Positions 29,695 to 39,306 of a DNA stretch of 64,000 bases are shown here, one piece after another. How positions within the stretch are numbered: position 1 is the first letter of the stretch; each line of letters begins with the position of its first letter. The stretch is from Candidatus Woesebacteria bacterium (GTDB lineage Bacteria > Patescibacteriota > Microgenomatia > UBA1400 > UBA12028), in assembly GCA_040006915.1 (NCBI GenBank), contig JBDTWD010000004.1:1033-65032 (forward strand). The letters run 5' to 3'. Below the pieces are notes generated by a model. It saw nothing but the letters and a program-made list of their open reading frames with translations, was not told the DNA's origin and ran no database searches. Made by a program: the position numbers and the translations under genes.

Positions 29695-30438
29695 ATGAAC
29701 CCTGTCATTGATTTCAAACATGTTTCAAAAGAATATATTATGGGCGATGACCGTACCTTTAAGGAACTCGTCCCAAATATTCTTAAAGGAAAATCTTGGG
29801 CTTCAAAGTATCAAGCTATCGATGATGTGAGTTTTAGAATCACTCAAGGTGAAACTGTTGGCTTTATAGGGAAAAATGGAGCTGGTAAATCGACGATTCT
29901 CAAGCTCATCGCTGGCGTCACGTATCCGACTAAAGGTGAGGTCATCGTCAGCCAACCTGTTGCTCCACTTATTGAGCTTGGGGCAGGATTCCACCACGAG
30001 CTCTCTGGTTTTGAAAATATCTATCTGAATGCTGCAATTCTGGGAATGCATAAAAAAGAGATCGAAAATTGTATTGATAGCATCATAAGCTTCTCAGAAC
30101 TCGAGAAATTCATCCATGCTCCGGTAAAGAGGTATTCATCAGGGATGTACATGCGTCTTGCCTTTTCGATTGCGATTCATGTCAATTCTCCAATACTTCT
30201 CATCGATGAAGTGCTCGCTGTGGGCGACGAGGCATTTCAAAAAAAATGTCTATCTTATTTAGAACAGATGAAGAAGAAACAAGATAAAACAATTATTTTT
30301 GTGAGTCATAACGAGGAGGCCGTAACCGAGTTTTGTGACAGAGCAATACTCCTTGACCGCGGGAAAGTTTTGGCTGACGACACACCAAGGAACACATTTA
30401 TCATCTACCACAAGCTTCCAGATCACTCCAATGCCTAA
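29695..30438 (+). CDS. wzt: ABC transporter ATP-binding protein (Wzt/TagH/KpsT-like, no carbohydrate-binding domain)
   Basis: Walker A GFIGKNGAGKST, ABC signature YSSGMYMRLAF, Walker B ILLIDEVLAVGDE. 247 aa, so no C-terminal CBM. Confidence 0.85.
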   Translation: MNPVIDFKHVSKEYIMGDDRTFKELVPNILKGKSWASKYQAIDDVSFRITQGETVGFIGKNGAGKSTILKLIAGVTYPTKGEVIVSQPVAPLIELGAGFHHELSGFENIYLNAAILGMHKKEIENCIDSIISFSELEKFIHAPVKRYSSGMYMRLAFSIAIHVNSPILLIDEVLAVGDEAFQKKCLSYLEQMKKKQDKTIIFVSHNEEAVTEFCDRAILLDRGKVLADDTPRNTFIIYHKLPDHSNA

Positions 30439-31294
30439 AAGACTTCCGAAGATTAGTATAGTCACTCCCTCATATAATCAAGGAACGTTTATTGAGCGAA
30501 CGATTTCTAGTGTATTGTCCCAAAAATATCCAAATCTCGAATTTATCATCATGGATGGAAAATCGACCGATCAGACTGTATCGATACTAAAAAAATATTC
30601 CTCAAAATTAATTTGGGAAAGTAAGAAAGATGGTGGTCAAACACAAGCGATCAACGAGGGATTACGCAAATCGACTGGCGAGATACTCGCCTATTTAAAC
30701 AGCGATGATACCTACGCCCCACACACACTCCATACTATCGCTCACTTCTTTCAAACTCATCCCGAAGAACATTTTGTGTATGGGCACGGAAGATTGATCG
30801 ATAGTGATGACAATGAGATCGGCTTTTATAACGATTCAGCGATGACAAATGAATCACTATTCGCTGCTTGTGGTATCAGCCAACCGACGTGTTTCTGGAG
30901 AAGAGACGTTTTAGAAGAATTTGGCTATTTTGATGAATCATATCGGTTCACGATGGACTATGAGTACTGGGTGAGAGTTTCAAAGAAATTTAAACTGCAT
31001 TATTTACCCATAGTTCTTGCTAATTCAAGAATTCATCCAGATGCGAAAACCTCGAGTTTTACACACAAGTTACATTCGGAAGCCCTGCGAGTGAGCTTAA
31101 CTCATTATGGAAGGGTTCATTACGACTGGATTTTTACCTATACAGACAGTGCGTATAGTGGACAAAAAGGATCGAAGGAGTACTATAGGTTTATGCTGAT
31201 ACGCTCACTCGTTAACTATTGGAAATACAATCACTCAATTCCACCTATCGCGGGCAGAAAAATACTCATGGACTGGCTTAAACAAGCAATATAA
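30431..31294 (+). CDS. GT2 glycosyltransferase
   Basis: LPKISIVTPSYNQGTFIERTISSVLSQ…FIIMDGKSTD…LNSDDTY. The ATG at 30431 overlaps the wzt stop by 8 nt; the ORF extends upstream to 30335. Confidence 0.8.
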   Translation: MPKRLPKISIVTPSYNQGTFIERTISSVLSQKYPNLEFIIMDGKSTDQTVSILKKYSSKLIWESKKDGGQTQAINEGLRKSTGEILAYLNSDDTYAPHTLHTIAHFFQTHPEEHFVYGHGRLIDSDDNEIGFYNDSAMTNESLFAACGISQPTCFWRRDVLEEFGYFDESYRFTMDYEYWVRVSKKFKLHYLPIVLANSRIHPDAKTSSFTHKLHSEALRVSLTHYGRVHYDWIFTYTDSAYSGQKGSKEYYRFMLIRSLVNYWKYNHSIPPIAGRKILMDWLKQAI

Positions 31295-31306
31295 ATCGAA
31301 ATTAAC

Positions 31307-32353
31307 ATGGGAACACTTCGTTTTCTACTAGCTCTTTCAGTGATCATTGCACACTCATCTACATTATTCGGCATAAGCATGGTTGGCGGTCCAACAGCTG
31401 TTCAAACTTTTTACATGATATCTGGCTTTTACATGTCTCTTATTCTTGAGAAAAAATACACAGGAATTGGTTCTTATCAAAAGTTTTTGTCCAATCGTTT
31501 CTTACGTATCTTTCCCGTCTACTGGATCATTGCAGCTCTCACTCTCATTTTTTTAAGCTTGACCGGCGGATTAGTCATATGGACTCAAATAGGAGTGCTT
31601 CCATTTCTCTTCTTAAGTTTCGTAAATACATTGATCATCGGACAGGACGTGGTAATGTTTTTAAAATTCACTCCTGATCTTCAAGGCTTTTTACCCACTA
31701 AAAACTTCTGGATAACCTCACCTCCTACACATAATTGGCTCCTTATTCCTCAGGCGTGGAGCATTAGTGTTGAGTTACTCTTCTACGTGGTTGCACCATG
31801 GCTTGTACGAAAGACGACAAGAATACTTGTTGTCCTCGCTTGTTTAAGCCTTATATTGCGCGCCATGCTTTATGCAAAAGGACTAGATTTCGATCCATGG
31901 ACGTATAGATTCTTTCCATTAGAACTTTTTTTCTTTATCACTGGAATTCTGTGCTTTCGCTATTTTAGAAGGATCAAAGAGAGAATTCTTGAAGAAAGGA
32001 CCTGGATATTTTGTTTGACACTTGCATTGGCGGTCGTTTTCTATCAGTTCATTCCGACTATTATTTTTCCTCGGCAAATTCTCTTGTATGCCGCAATTAT
32101 TCTGTCTCTTCCTTTTTTATTTATTTTTACTAATACTCATCGATGGGATCGGAGTTTAGGTGAACTCTCATATCCTGCGTATATTTCTCATTATCTGATT
32201 TTACAGATATTATTTTATTTCCGACATGAGACTCAGGCGACGATTAGTCAAACAACAACACTTCTTTGTATCGTACTCACTTTGCTCGTTTCCGGACTAC
32301 TCGTTCGTTTCGTTTCAAATCCAATTGATAATTTTAGGCAACGGAGAGTTTAA
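31307..32353 (+). CDS. Acyltransferase family 3 (OatA/WecH-like) membrane O-acyltransferase
   Basis: MGTLRFLLALSVIIAHSS… (the acyltransferase_3 N-terminal motif with the conserved His) and about 10 TM helices. Confidence 0.7.
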   Translation: MGTLRFLLALSVIIAHSSTLFGISMVGGPTAVQTFYMISGFYMSLILEKKYTGIGSYQKFLSNRFLRIFPVYWIIAALTLIFLSLTGGLVIWTQIGVLPFLFLSFVNTLIIGQDVVMFLKFTPDLQGFLPTKNFWITSPPTHNWLLIPQAWSISVELLFYVVAPWLVRKTTRILVVLACLSLILRAMLYAKGLDFDPWTYRFFPLELFFFITGILCFRYFRRIKERILEERTWIFCLTLALAVVFYQFIPTIIFPRQILLYAAIILSLPFLFIFTNTHRWDRSLGELSYPAYISHYLILQILFYFRHETQATISQTTTLLCIVLTLLVSGLLVRFVSNPIDNFRQRRV

Positions 32354-32407
32354 TTACGAGGTTTTTGCATAACAATAAAAGCTTCCCCTGTGTTGTTCTA
32401 AGTCCTG

Positions 32408-33144
32408 TCATGTGCAAGTACCATGGCATATTCCACTTCTCATAGTCATCTTTGATCCAAGTACTATGAGACAAATGCCTTCACACATCCACTGGAGCTT
32501 TTTCAGAGTGAGGTCACCCACAACTGTGTTCGGAGTTATTTGCATTTTATCAATACGAATATTGAGTTTCATTGCAAGCTTTGAGGCATAATAGAAGATG
32601 ATGGTTGCAGTCCAACTATAATTGACTTGCTCTTCAATAATGATCAGCCCTCCTAACTTTGTCACACGGATTAATTCTTGGATTGCATCCATTTGATTAT
32701 CACGAGTCGTCGCAAGATCCATTGCTACGAGATGATGAATAACATTTCTAACAATCGTAACGTCAAAAATCTCTGAATCAAGACCAGAGTTGATTACTGA
32801 ACCTTGAACAAAATTGATTTTTTGTCTACCTGAGATTTTTTGTATTTTCCTACAAGTTCAATATTCGTAAGTTTCGTTTTAATCTTTGTTTGCACTTCAA
32901 TGTGTTTAAGTACATTGCCACCCCACCGCCAAATTCGCAAATCGACAAACTTTTGAGGTTTTGTTTTTTTGAACCATTTTTGTAAGAAAGGTGTAACTGC
33001 AGAGCACTCTACAAGGGCATTGAGTGTATACTCGGAAATTTGATCCTCAAATTGTTTAAACACAATATCGCTCTCTTGCTTCGTTTTAGTTTTAGCATAT
33101 ATACTTTCTAGTTTCTGGTCCTTTGTATAAGAAATATGTGTCAT
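32408..33144 (-). pseudogene. Disrupted class I SAM-dependent methyltransferase, split into two frames
   Basis: The upstream fragment (33144..32794) ends near a degenerate motif I (…FVDLRIWRWGGNVL…). The downstream fragment (32722..32408, different frame) carries post-motif-II/III segments (…FDVTIVRNVIHHLV…KLGGLIIIEE…). The junction lies beside a T6 homopolymer at 32813..32818. Confidence 0.4.
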
Positions 33145-33171
33145 GGATGATCTTTATGGCCTTTATCAACT

Positions 33172-34668
33172 TCACTTCCGCATAATTCCTGATCGTAGCA
33201 ATTTCATTGTTTGAGCGTCCAAAACTTCTTGAGTAAATGCAAATAAGGCAAAAATCATTGTATACAGCAGTCCTGTAATACCAATCTGAATAAAACCAAG
33301 TGGCTGAATATGGAATATTTTTACGAGCAAAAAAATTCCCGAAGCAAAAAGTCCCAGCTTCACATAAAAGCCATATGAATACGTCAGCTGGAAAGAATTA
33401 CTAATAATTCGTGTAAAGAGATAGACAGATACTATATAGACAAGAGTATTAGCAATAACAGCCCCTACAACCCCATAGAATGGAATGAAAACGAAGCAAA
33501 GTGTGATATTCAATACCGCTACGTAGATAGAAAGACGGAGACGCTGAGCTGTTTTACCCATTCCACTGAGGATAAGTACAAGGAAATTTGAAAGAGGTGA
33601 CAATATATATCCAAATGAAAAGATGATTAATGGTATTTCTACGAGTCCAATCCACTTATTTCCAAACAGTGTACCCACAATGGAGGTTGCAAACAGCGCA
33701 ATGAATAAACCAAAATAAAGTCCAATAAATGGGACGAGACGTAATATATTTTGTACTAAATGAGCAATTTTTTCTTCTTCTCCCTCCATAAGATGAGATA
33801 TTAAAGGCAAGATAAGTGAATTTATTGGAGTTAGAAATAAACCTGAAAGAGTAGCCAAAGGAAAAACTACATTATAGATTCCAACATCTTTCAAACCATG
33901 AAAATATGTCAAAAAAACTGTATCCGTTGAGCTAATAAACGTATACAAAGAAGTCGTAATTAACGTCGGAACTCCGTACGTGATCATGGTGCGCAGTAGC
34001 GTACTGTTCCATGAAAACTTTTTAAACACAAACGGATAGTTACGAATTACCGCAATATAGTAAAGTATAGTTACAAGGAAAGTACTCATCATCCATGTAG
34101 CAGCGTAGTAGACTACATCCTTGACATCATATAACCAGAAAAAGACGGAAAACATGAGTATGAAAACCAGACGAAGCATATGCATTGATGAATAAAATTT
34201 TTCATCCTGAAGACCAACAAAGAGAGCATTTATGACAGTAAAGACGCTATTAGCAACTAGATATAAGCAAAAAATGGAGATCAGATTAATCGACAACTCA
34301 GACTTGAAGTAATACATTGCGAGCCACTTCGCGTTCAAGAAAAGACCGACGGAGAAAATAATACTCACTGCTACTTCAACGATTTGCGTATACATGAAAA
34401 CTCTAGAAACACTCTCAAAATCTTTTTTCTTTATGAATTTAGGAATGAAATACGAGCAACTCAAGCCCAGGCCAAAATCAAGATAGGTCGAGATGAGAGC
34501 GAAAAACGCTAATGCAGCGTAAAAAAGACCAAACATTTCTATCGACAATGTATTGGAGTAGAGAAGCCTGATGCAATACGCTATCGGCGACCCCAAAAGG
34601 GTAAAAATGAGAACCGTACCGCTTCCTTTCAAAACTTTTTCTGTGAGTGAGTGAGGTTTGCTAGTCAT
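33172..34668 (-). CDS. wzx: Polysaccharide flippase, MOP/PST family (Wzx-like)
   Basis: 498 aa with about 14 TM helices. N-terminal …KGSGTVLIFTLLGSPIAYCIRLLYSNTLSIEMFGLFYAALAF… is the Polysacc_synt signature. Confidence 0.7.
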   Translation of the reverse strand: MTSKPHSLTEKVLKGSGTVLIFTLLGSPIAYCIRLLYSNTLSIEMFGLFYAALAFFALISTYLDFGLGLSCSYFIPKFIKKKDFESVSRVFMYTQIVEVAVSIIFSVGLFLNAKWLAMYYFKSELSINLISIFCLYLVANSVFTVINALFVGLQDEKFYSSMHMLRLVFILMFSVFFWLYDVKDVVYYAATWMMSTFLVTILYYIAVIRNYPFVFKKFSWNSTLLRTMITYGVPTLITTSLYTFISSTDTVFLTYFHGLKDVGIYNVVFPLATLSGLFLTPINSLILPLISHLMEGEEEKIAHLVQNILRLVPFIGLYFGLFIALFATSIVGTLFGNKWIGLVEIPLIIFSFGYILSPLSNFLVLILSGMGKTAQRLRLSIYVAVLNITLCFVFIPFYGVVGAVIANTLVYIVSVYLFTRIISNSFQLTYSYGFYVKLGLFASGIFLLVKIFHIQPLGFIQIGITGLLYTMIFALFAFTQEVLDAQTMKLLRSGIMRK

Positions 34669-34688
34669 GGAAAATTAGTATGATACCT

Positions 34689-35411
34689 TCATTGGGGAGA
34701 AGCCACCACAAATAACGTGTACCCATAATCAATTCTGATGGAAAATTCGGTCTGAATTAGAGAAGAAAAAAACTGACGGACCTTACGTCCTATTGGACCA
34801 AGCTCTCCTTTCGTTTTATAGAAGATCTTATCAAGTGCATCAAAAAAGAAGACGATGACATTCGAAAAGAGCGGAGCAATAACAATGCCTCGCTCAAATT
34901 GCGTATCAATTCGAAGGCCAGCCTTTCGTATTTGTGTTAGCAAAGAATTTCGATTCACAGAGAAGTGGGGTAAGAAAAGTCGATAGATATTAAACCAGCT
35001 ATAGAGTATATGATCACCTGTGCAACTGATCAGAAGCTGTCCTTTGGGCTTTAATACCCGTTTTGCTTCCGAGAGCACATGGGCTAAATCTTTTTTTGGA
35101 AGATATTGAACTACCCCAATAAGAAAAATTGCATCAACTTCTCCTTTTTCCCCCAAGGAAGGAAGTTTTTTTCTATTGATCTCACTAAAGTGAATCTTTT
35201 TATTTTTTCCCCACTTTTTTTTCGAGATAGGAATACAAGCCGAATTCACCTCAAAACCAAGATATAGTTCAATTTTGGCTCGATCAAGATATTCAAGCAA
35301 CTCTCCTTCTCCACATCCATAGTCAACAATTACCATTTTTTTGCGAGTGTTTACCTTTAGATACGAAGCTAAGAGTGTGTGGGTAGGTGATTTGAACATT
35401 ATTTGAGCCAT
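34689..35411 (-). CDS. Class I SAM-dependent methyltransferase
   Basis: Motif I …MVIVDYGCGEGELLEYL… and post-I …AIFLIGVVQYLP…LKPKGQLLIS…. Confidence 0.75.
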   Translation of the reverse strand: MAQIMFKSPTHTLLASYLKVNTRKKMVIVDYGCGEGELLEYLDRAKIELYLGFEVNSACIPISKKKWGKNKKIHFSEINRKKLPSLGEKGEVDAIFLIGVVQYLPKKDLAHVLSEAKRVLKPKGQLLISCTGDHILYSWFNIYRLFLPHFSVNRNSLLTQIRKAGLRIDTQFERGIVIAPLFSNVIVFFFDALDKIFYKTKGELGPIGRKVRQFFSSLIQTEFSIRIDYGYTLFVVASPQ

Positions 35412-36280
35412 TTTTTGAATCGCCTTGAATTAGATTCCTTTTGTGACACAGCTAGAAAATTCGAGGTGACGGATGGAACGATCAGCGTATCTATTTTTTC
35501 TACATGTGCTTTTCCTGTGAACCCAAAAAAAGAAAAGTCGTGATGTTTCAATAGTTTAGAAATTTTCTCCACCTTTTCTTCGATATTGGTTACTGATGGA
35601 TTCACCTCAAAAAGGATCATTTGCAGTTTTTTTTGGGCAAACATTTTTTTACAGCCTTCTAAAACTTCTAGTTCAAAACCTTCGACATCAACTTTTAGTA
35701 AGGAAATGTCGGTAAAATTATATTCTTTAGCGAGCGCATCAATTGTAATCGTCGAAACTTTAATAGATTTCCCTTCCCCTTTGCTTGTTTGCAGATGATT
35801 TACTTCAGAGCTTGGCTCAAGAGTAAAGGATGCGTGGCCTACTTTGTTAGTATTTGCTTTTCGTATCGGGATTATTCTTGATTCAAAATTATTGAGACGA
35901 ATGTTGGATAGTAGTTCATCAAAGATAAGCGGAGTTGGTTCACAGGCCAGTATTTTACCTGTCCGTATCTTCGTGGCAGCAAGCAAACTCGAATCCCCTA
36001 TATGTGCTCCAACGTCAATAAAAGTGTCAGTACTTTGCAAATAGGTGTAAATAAATTGTAACTCGGCAAATTCTGGCCATTTCGCATACACAATAAAACT
36101 GCCGTACGAATTGTTGGGATAACAAATAATTTTTACATTGGGCGCAATCTCGATTACGGCAGGGATGTGAAAAAAAAGCTGATTTATTTTCCACCATACA
36201 ATCACACTCAGCGCATGCAATCTGCGCTTTTCGTTCTGTGGATGTGAAAGAATAGTAATAAATGATTTCAATACAGACAT
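35399..36280 (-). CDS. FkbM-family methyltransferase
   Basis: …FIDVGAHIGDSSLLAA…GKILACEPTPLIFDEL…LLKVDVEGFELEVLEG… gives the FkbM motifs. Start possibly at MSVLKSF (36280); the ORF extends to 36316. Confidence 0.75.
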   Translation of the reverse strand: MSVLKSFITILSHPQNEKRRLHALSVIVWWKINQLFFHIPAVIEIAPNVKIICYPNNSYGSFIVYAKWPEFAELQFIYTYLQSTDTFIDVGAHIGDSSLLAATKIRTGKILACEPTPLIFDELLSNIRLNNFESRIIPIRKANTNKVGHASFTLEPSSEVNHLQTSKGEGKSIKVSTITIDALAKEYNFTDISLLKVDVEGFELEVLEGCKKMFAQKKLQMILFEVNPSVTNIEEKVEKISKLLKHHDFSFFGFTGKAHVEKIDTLIVPSVTSNFLAVSQKESNSRRFKKWLK

Positions 36281-36281
36281 A

Positions 36282-37454
36282 TTATGTAAGCGATAAGGCA
36301 ATCTGCTCTTCAACAACTAACGCATCAATAAAGAATTTAGTTGCCCAATTCAGATATGCGAAACGACAATAACCCGTGTTCTTATGAAGATCTCCATAAA
36401 TTGGATAACTTCCCTTTAATGAGCCTCGTAGGTTCTGGTCGTAGTCTTTCTCTGTCGGTTGCACTGACTTAAGATACTCTATCATCTTCACTGCAGCTTT
36501 CAAAAAGACGAAATCATGTCCGTACTTAAAGAGTTCAAGCCAGACTAATGCTAATTGAGCGTCACCAGTTAAACAGGTATATGAGTTTTCTGATTTCCAA
36601 TTCGAATCAAACGTTCCAGGTAAAAACTCATTTTTCAGATACAAATCCGCTAGAGGTAAGGCTCCTTTTATAGCGATCTGCATATAGTGGTCATCCTGCA
36701 ACAAAAGTCCTGACCATAAAAATCCCTCGATAGCATACGCAATTGTATGTGTATACGGAATGCTCGGATTAGGATGTGGAAGCTGATTTTGTTTAAACCA
36801 GCCATTCGGCTGTTGTTGCTTAGCCGCCCAATCTATATTCTTACGAGCGGCTGTTAAGTATTTTTTCTTCCCTGTTATCTTCCAAACCTCCAAAATGCCC
36901 CAAGCGACGCGTGTATGATACGTATGCTTCATCGAACCATAGGTATATTGTAACCAGCTTCCATCTTTCTCTTGAATAGAAAGCAAAAAATCCGCTGCAA
37001 GAATAGCTGAAGCGCGATATTTTTCTTTCTTTGTAGCTGAAAAAACAGCTGCCATACCCAATAGATCCTGTCCCGTGTTAAAAACTGTTGGCACAGACTC
37101 GACAGCTTTACTGGGAACTGCGGTTCTATATCCACCTAAAGGGTGTTGCATCTTAATAAGGAAATCAGCCATGCGTACGGCGCGATCTTTTAATTTCATT
37201 TTTTTGTACAATCGGTCTGTATCTAAAAACGTATTAATGATGTATCCAGTTGTTTCAATATATGAAGGCTGCCAGCCACTGATAAGTGAATACCACGCAG
37301 ATACCCCATTATCACCGCTTTTATCCTGTGCATGACACAACCATTTAAGACCTTCTTGAATATGGACATCGTTGTTTTGAATTGGATGACTCTTCCCCAA
37401 AAGATCATTCACTGATTCCCTGACAAGTGATCCAAAAGAGATCTGCGTACTCAT
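36282..37454 (-). CDS. Alpha/alpha-toroid protein with prenyltransferase/terpenoid-cyclase-type QW repeats
   Basis: Four repeats fit the [AL]x[FW]Lx3Qx2(D/N)GxW pattern: GLKWLCHAQDKSGDNGVSAWYS, MADFLIKMQHPLGGYRTAV, AADFLLSIQEKDGSWLQYT and NIDWAAKQQQPNGWFKQ. No catalytic motif identified. Confidence 0.45.
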   Translation of the reverse strand: MSTQISFGSLVRESVNDLLGKSHPIQNNDVHIQEGLKWLCHAQDKSGDNGVSAWYSLISGWQPSYIETTGYIINTFLDTDRLYKKMKLKDRAVRMADFLIKMQHPLGGYRTAVPSKAVESVPTVFNTGQDLLGMAAVFSATKKEKYRASAILAADFLLSIQEKDGSWLQYTYGSMKHTYHTRVAWGILEVWKITGKKKYLTAARKNIDWAAKQQQPNGWFKQNQLPHPNPSIPYTHTIAYAIEGFLWSGLLLQDDHYMQIAIKGALPLADLYLKNEFLPGTFDSNWKSENSYTCLTGDAQLALVWLELFKYGHDFVFLKAAVKMIEYLKSVQPTEKDYDQNLRGSLKGSYPIYGDLHKNTGYCRFAYLNWATKFFIDALVVEEQIALSLT

Positions 37455-38143
37455 ATATTTTTTGACGATAGAACAAAAATAAAATTCCAGTTCGTTTGAT
37501 CGGCAAGCTCATACCCGTTGCTCAGTATTTTTTTTATCATCTCAAGAGTTTTCAGAACTGGGGTCGGTTGATCAAATTCAATTGCAAGAATTGTAGGACG
37601 ACGTCTGCTCTGAAATAACTGAGTGAGTACCTCATATTCAGAGCCCTCAATATCGATCTTTAATAGATCAAGCTTTGTGTGTTGTAGTTTTTTTATAATC
37701 CACTCAAGACTTTTACAATCTGCTAAAAAAAATTCGCTTGTTTGATGCAAGTTTACGATAGAATGGGAGACAAATGATTTTTGTTGAGGAGCGAAAAATT
37801 TCTGACGACTATTCTTTGACCACAGTCCCCATGAAAAGAATAGGATTTTATTTGGAAGCTTTTGTTTTGCAACAAATGTTATGGCTCTTGGTGTCGGATC
37901 AAAAAGAAAGATAGATGGATGACAATATTTCCATAAGCAAAGTTCAAAACTAATATCCTCACCGACTCCAGCACAATAGCAAACTGACGCTTTCGATAGT
38001 AGGCCTGCTGGTACTTTCCATTGTGCTCCAGGGTTTCCAAATTCCAAAAGCTCATATTTGGATCGTTTCGAACCAAACAGTGCGCACTGAACGAATAAGA
38101 GATTGAACCAATAGACGCTCAGGTATTTTAGTGAAGACAACAT
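37451..38143 (-). CDS. FkbM-family methyltransferase
   Basis: …CYCAGVGEDISFELCLW…IFLFDPTPRAI…LLKIDIEGSEYEVL… gives the FkbM motifs. Confidence 0.65.
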   Translation of the reverse strand: MLSSLKYLSVYWFNLLFVQCALFGSKRSKYELLEFGNPGAQWKVPAGLLSKASVCYCAGVGEDISFELCLWKYCHPSIFLFDPTPRAITFVAKQKLPNKILFFSWGLWSKNSRQKFFAPQQKSFVSHSIVNLHQTSEFFLADCKSLEWIIKKLQHTKLDLLKIDIEGSEYEVLTQLFQSRRRPTILAIEFDQPTPVLKTLEMIKKILSNGYELADQTNWNFIFVLSSKNI

Positions 38144-38145
38144 AT

Positions 38146-39306
38146 TTACTGAATGTATTTTTTTGCTTTACGTTTCCAAGACATTTTTCTTTCTACGAGT
38201 GCTCGACCTCTTTTACCCATTTTCATTCGAAGATCACGATCTTCGTAAAGATACTCAATTTTTTCGACCAAATCAATCACATTACCCTGTTTATACAGCA
38301 GCGCGTTACCATTTGAAAATCTTTCCTTTACCCCGATATTATCATTTGCTATGACAGGAATCCCACAACTGATCGCATCATTCATTGCAAGAGATTCTTG
38401 GAGAGGCCATACTGCTATATCGGCAGAAGAATAAAACTTAGGTAAACTCTTCTGCAGTTGAAAACCGACCATGTGAATTTTCAAACGTTTCAAAACTGGA
38501 ATTACCCGCAAACATTTTTTCTTATACTCTATGGGCCCGTCTCCAACGACAAGTAGATAAATGTCTGAATGAACTTTGAGGAGAAGTTTCACTGCTTCAA
38601 ACAAAAGATCGACTCCCTTTGCAGGGATTATTTTCCCTGTTGTTATGATAACAAAAGCATTTTGAGGAATACGTAACTTCTTTCGTACTTTTTTTCTCTC
38701 GCTCTGACTGTATTTAAAAAGGTCCATATCAGTTCCATGAGATATGACGACGGGGAGTTTCGCAATACCGTATGTTTCTTGAATGACTTCCGATGTCGCT
38801 TCTTGAACGGCAATAAACTTGTCCGTCCGCTGGGAAACTAGGGAGGCAAAGAATGTTCGAAAGATAAAATAAAAAAGAGATTTGAGGAGTTGATTTCCTT
38901 GTTTCAATTCTGATGGTAAATGACTATCTACACAAATCAGGCGCGTTCTTTGTGGCTTGAAATAGGCTGCCTGAACAGCAACCGGCGTACAGGTACCGGA
39001 AACTAAAATAATGTCAGGATTGAAATCACTAATGTTTTTCTGTATTCCAAAAAACAAGGCTCTCGCGGCAAATTCGGCAATCACTTTTTCCCGTAGGATA
39101 GTAACTCCTTTAACTGTGCTCTTTCCCACTGGCTGTATTCTTGATCCAAGGATTTTTCCTACGGTATCAGAGTAATTTGGAAAGGGAAAATATCGATTTC
39201 CCGTAACAATCACAACAGAATGTCCTAGTTTGATTAATGACTGACTAATCTCATTTTCACCGTAATTCATGGGTTGAAAGTAGTTGCATAAATAGAGAAT
39301 CTTCAT
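38146..39306 (-). CDS. GT4 glycosyltransferase
   Basis: MKILYLCNYFQP… and C-terminal …ADIAVWPLQESLAMNDAISCGIPVIAND… Glycos_transf_1-like. Confidence 0.75.
   Translation of the reverse strand: MKILYLCNYFQPMNYGENEISQSLIKLGHSVVIVTGNRYFPFPNYSDTVGKILGSRIQPVGKSTVKGVTILREKVIAEFAARALFFGIQKNISDFNPDIILVSGTCTPVAVQAAYFKPQRTRLICVDSHLPSELKQGNQLLKSLFYFIFRTFFASLVSQRTDKFIAVQEATSEVIQETYGIAKLPVVISHGTDMDLFKYSQSERKKVRKKLRIPQNAFVIITTGKIIPAKGVDLLFEAVKLLLKVHSDIYLLVVGDGPIEYKKKCLRVIPVLKRLKIHMVGFQLQKSLPKFYSSADIAVWPLQESLAMNDAISCGIPVIANDNIGVKERFSNGNALLYKQGNVIDLVEKIEYLYEDRDLRMKMGKRGRALVERKMSWKRKAKKYIQ

Noticed and set aside
36282-37454. I considered a LanC-like lanthionine synthetase (same alpha/alpha-toroid fold) for the QW-repeat protein.
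   Set aside because: The LanC hallmarks (GxAHG, WC[YH]G, CHG metal-ligand motifs) are absent. The repeats instead fit the prenyltransferase/squalene-cyclase QW pattern.
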